DNA of 64,000 nucleotides, from assembly GCA_963829055.1 (NCBI GenBank), contig CAWHHI010000005.1:64001-128000 (forward strand), written 5' to 3'. This DNA is from an uncultured Gemmatimonadaceae bacterium (GTDB taxonomy: Bacteria; Gemmatimonadota; Gemmatimonadetes; Gemmatimonadales; Gemmatimonadaceae). Position 1 is the first letter of the stretch. Every line of letters begins with the position of its first letter. Shown here piece after piece: positions 60,672 through 64,000 of this stretch. Both the position numbers and the translations under genes were made by a program. The notes below the pieces were generated by a model. The model was not told the DNA's origin. It did not search any database and was given only the letters and a program-made list of their open reading frames with translations.

Positions 60672-62807
60672 TTAGGTACAGCCTGCCTGACGCCGACCCT
60701 GACCTGCCGGCTCGGGTGCCGGCGTTGCGGCACGCGGCCAGACGTTGTCGCTCGGGTCACGGTCCGGGAATCGGCAGCTCGGGTCGAGACGGATGCGCTC
60801 GATCGGGCGCGAGCCGAAGTCCAGCACCGCGTCGAACGTCTTCGCGCCCGCGAACCACACGTCCACCGGGTACGTCACGATCGCCGTCAGGCTGTCCTTC
60901 ATGACCGCGTTCGCATCGGGCGGATCGCCTGCTTCCCGGGCTCGAACTTCACCTCCAGCACCACCGGCGACGGCATCTGGCCGTCCTGCCTAACGGTGAC
61001 CGTCGTGCGCCGCCGCCGTATTCGACACGCTCCGCTGGATCGAGCCGTCCACGCTCTCCGTCGTGAACAGCCAGTAGTACCAGAACCAGCCGAGGTCGCG
61101 CTTGAGCGCGTTGCTCATGAAGAACATGTAGTCCCACGGCGACGGATGCTTGAACATCCACGCCTTCGCCCACTCGCGATGCGCGCGCTGCACCGCGCTG
61201 TCACCGACGATGCCGCCCAGCATCGACAGCATGAGCGGCGTCTTGCTGTACGTCGTGAAGCCGTAGAACTGCGGGCCGTCGTAGTTCGCGTTCCACATCA
61301 TCGGCGGCTCGGCCTCGTTGCCGCTCGTTCTGCCGTACGACTGGCCCAGTCCGTCGAAGTTCGGCGCCTGGCTCGCCGCATCCGCATCGGAGAGGATGTT
61401 CATGTACTGATTGAACCCCTCGTCCATCCAGCCGTACCACGTCTCGTTGTTGCTGACGATCATCGGCCACCACTGGTGGCCCGTCTCGTGGTCGGCGGCG
61501 CCCTTGTTCGAGTTGATCACCATCGGGTACTCCATGCCCGCGCTCGGTCCATCCTGCAGCGTGAGCTGCGGGAACTGATACGGGAACCACTGCTTCGAGT
61601 AGAACTCGAGCGCGTGACGCGCGACCTGGCCCGCCGTGTCGTAGAAGCGGCGCGCGATCCGGCAGATAGACCATGGTGATCGGGATCGGGCCCTTCCCCG
61701 GGATCGTCGCGCGCGTCATCTCCCACACGAACTTCTTCGCCGTCGCCCACGCGAAGTCGTTCACGGTGTCGGCGACGAAGTGCCAGACGAGGCGGTCGCC
61801 TTCTCCGCCAGCGGTCGGCGCGCCGCGCTGCGTCGCCTGACCTGGCCCGACCTCGTCGGGGCCGACGATCGTCGTGATCTGTCGTCCGACGAGCACGCGC
61901 TTGATGCCGCTCGCGCGCGTTAGGCGTGAGCACCTCCTCCGGATTCTGCAGCACGCCCGTGCCGCTCACGATCCAGCCGGCCGGCACGTCGAGCCGCACG
62001 TCGAAGCGGCCGAAGTTGTTGTAGAACTCCGACGGACCGAGGTAGAGCTCGGTGTCCCAGCCGCGGAGGTCGTCGTACACCGCGACGCGCGGATACCACT
62101 GCGTGGGCTGATACAGCGTGTCCGCCCAGCGCTGCGTCATGCGATGCCCGACGCCCGGACCACCTGGGATCTTGTGGTTCCACTCGATCTCGAGCGTGGT
62201 CGTGGAGCGCGGCGCGATCTTCGTCGGCAGGTTGACGCGTGCCGTGGTGGTGCGGAGCCCGAGGATCGTCGGCTGGTTAGGCACCTGCGCATTCTGCGCG
62301 GCCGCCGCGGCCTGCGCGGCGCGCGCCCCGTCGCCGCCGGCAGGCGGTGGCCCCGCGAGGTTCACGCTCTGCCCGTTGATGGTCATCCGCGTGATGACCA
62401 TACCGTCCGTCACCTCCGACGGCACCCACGTGGCGGCCTGCGGCGTGTTGCCGAGGAAGATGTTGGGATCGAGCCGCAGCTCGATCTGGCCGAGCGAGTC
62501 GGGGCTGTTGTTGTGCAGCATGACCGTCTCGTGTCCGGTGATGCGCGACGTGGTCGGCGTCGAGCCGGGCGTTGATCGTGTAGTCGGTGCGAATCTGCCA
62601 GTAGTTCCGTCCGGGCCGACCGGTCGAATCGCGGGTCCCGGCCGCGTAGGCGCGGCGGATCGTGTTGGTGATCGGGATGTCGCGCCGCACGGCACGTCGT
62701 GGGACGGGCGGCGTCGCCTGAGCGACCAGCAGGCGCGGCGGAATCGTTAGGCCCGCCGCAAGGATCGCGAGCGGGACAAGCAGCGTTCGGGGGAGACGCG
62801 CGGGCAT
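60672..62807 (-). CDS. M1 family metallo-aminopeptidase, several frameshifts
   Basis: GRPGRNYWQ, QWYPRVAVYDD, GMEYPM, HETGHQWW (HEXXH), WMDEGFN, FKHPSPWD. Confidence 0.88.
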
Positions 62808-63109
62808 GGCGGTGTCGTGAAGTTGAACGAGGGTGCGAACCTGGACGGGCTACGAGCCACGCCAGAGGATACCGCACGGACGCTCCCTGCGGGAGCACGG
62901 CTATGGCGTCAACGGCACGGTGTCCGACCCCAAGGACCTCGACAGTCTGCGCACCGCGATCCGCTTCTACAAGGTGGCCGAGTCGGCGCAGGCCAGCGAT
63001 ACGACGTCCTGTTTCATGGGGGCCACGAAGGTGCCCTGCCACTGACGAAACACGGGACATGGTGACGGGGTGTTGCTTCATGGGCGGCCAAATGATTTAT
63101 TGGTCGCCC

Positions 63110-63619
63110 ATGATTATCACCCTGCGACTCATCCATATCCTTGCCGGCGTGTTCTGGGCCGGCACCGCGATCTTCACCGCCGTCTTTCTCATCCCGAGCA
63201 TCCGCGCGCTCGGCCCGGGTGGCGGCCCGGTGATGCAGCAGATCGCGGGCGTGCGTAAGCTCCCGCTGTATTTCATGGGCGCCGGCATACTGTCGATCCT
63301 CTCGGGAATCGGCCTGTACTCGAAAGCGTCGGGCGGGTTCTCGAACGCCTGGATGCACTCGGGCCCCGGTGCGACGTTCGGCATCGGCGCCGTGTTCGCG
63401 CTCGCGGCCATGGTCGTCGGAATGGCCGTTGCGTCCCCGACGGCGAAACGCGCGTCGGAACTCGCGGGTACCATTCACGGCGCAGGCCGGCCGCCGTCAC
63501 CGGAGCAGATGGCCGAGATGCAGCGGCTGCAGGTGAGGATGGGGAAGGCATCGGCGTTAGGCGCCGGACTGCTCGTGCTCGCGACGGCGGCGATGGCCAT
63601 CGCGCGCTACATGCCGTAG
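63110..63619 (+). CDS. Four-TM hypothetical membrane protein
   Basis: MIITLRLIHILAGVFWAG...ILSGIGLY...AAMAIARYMP. Confidence 0.75.
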   Translation: MIITLRLIHILAGVFWAGTAIFTAVFLIPSIRALGPGGGPVMQQIAGVRKLPLYFMGAGILSILSGIGLYSKASGGFSNAWMHSGPGATFGIGAVFALAAMVVGMAVASPTAKRASELAGTIHGAGRPPSPEQMAEMQRLQVRMGKASALGAGLLVLATAAMAIARYMP

Positions 63620-63854
63620 CCAGCGGCTGCACGCTGCTTCTGCCGACGGCTGCATGCTGCGGCCGCACGCTGCCCGCTGCTGCTATTAGCGCCGGTACAC
63701 CACGCGCTGCTCGCTGCACGCAGCGGCGACCAGCTGACACCGTTGGCTGCGCGGCAGGCACCGCTTGCCGATCACCGGCGCCGGCGACTGAATCTGGCTT
63801 GAGTCGAGGCGTTGGGCGTCGCATGAATCCCGGAGACCCATTCCGCGGAGATCC

Positions 63855-64000
63855 ATGCGACGCCCGTTCTCGATCCTCGCGCTCATAGCCTGTGTAACCG
63901 CACCGGCGCGCGCGCAGGTGCCCGATGTTCCCACGCCCGACACGCTCGGCGCCAACTTCCGCCACGACAGCATCGGCACATCGACGCCCACGGACTTCGA
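63855..64000 (+). CDS. 5' end of a secreted protein, truncated by the window end
   Basis: ggag RBS; MRRPFSILALIACVTAPARAQVPDVPTPDTLGANF. Confidence 0.65.
   Translation, partial: MRRPFSILALIACVTAPARAQVPDVPTPDTLGANFRHDSIGTSTPTDF

Noticed and set aside
62817..63065. Short ORFs between the M1 peptidase and the membrane protein gene
   Set aside because: Possibly a gene fragment (ends CFMGATKVPCH), but there is no clear start, RBS or recognisable family.
283..63561. CCTAACG as a base-calling artefact of a modified CCGAACG/CGTTCGG site
   Set aside because: The TTA codon encodes the conserved Leu of R.ALG motifs (45118, 46327), where TTC would give Phe, and the motif fits proteins in several frames. 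A systematic miscall is therefore unlikely, though not excluded without reads.
283..63561. TTAGG(C) as telomere-like repeats or a Chi/KOPS signal
   Set aside because: Copies are dispersed and never tandem, and both orientations are interleaved (about 38:28) rather than polarised.
1..64000. tRNA, rRNA, transposase, integrase, prophage or defence genes
   Set aside because: None was recognisable by eye; a tRNAscan/Rfam/HMM search would be needed to exclude them formally.

Overview
High-GC (about 69-70% by eye) bacterial chromosomal window. Gene content (MacB-like duplicated orphan ABC permeases, 'GGMATVYLAEDLKH'-type Ser/Thr kinases, many secreted peptidases) suggests Gemmatimonadota; this is inference. 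It encodes S9/S9A/S41/M1 peptidases, a Wzm/Wzt + three GT2 + GT-C surface-glycan locus, a cluster of three cation antiporters (NhaA, CaCA, CPA2), an OCD-chrB-chrA / DUF1259 / WtpA-like oxyanion region, two ADOP-type permeases, BON and ankyrin proteins, a di-haem peroxidase, and a DUF2946-like leader plus TonB receptor. Several genes are broken by clustered indels that look like long-read consensus errors. No rRNA, tRNA, CRISPR array, transposase or integrase was seen. The most striking signal is the non-palindromic heptamer CCTAACG (mostly GCCTAACG): about 66 copies counted by eye, roughly 1 per kb, on both strands and mostly inside genes, where it imposes rare codons. Other notable features: (i) an 84-bp REP-derived inverted-repeat pair enclosing a 4.2-kb two-gene cargo; (ii) several families of palindromic intergenic elements, including a 490-bp foldback and hairpins flanked by inverted 7-mer tandem arms; (iii) a structured leader before an ankyrin gene; (iv) a CruR/DUF2946-like peptide ending NAPP instead of RAPP. 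All counts and alignments were done manually and need computational confirmation.
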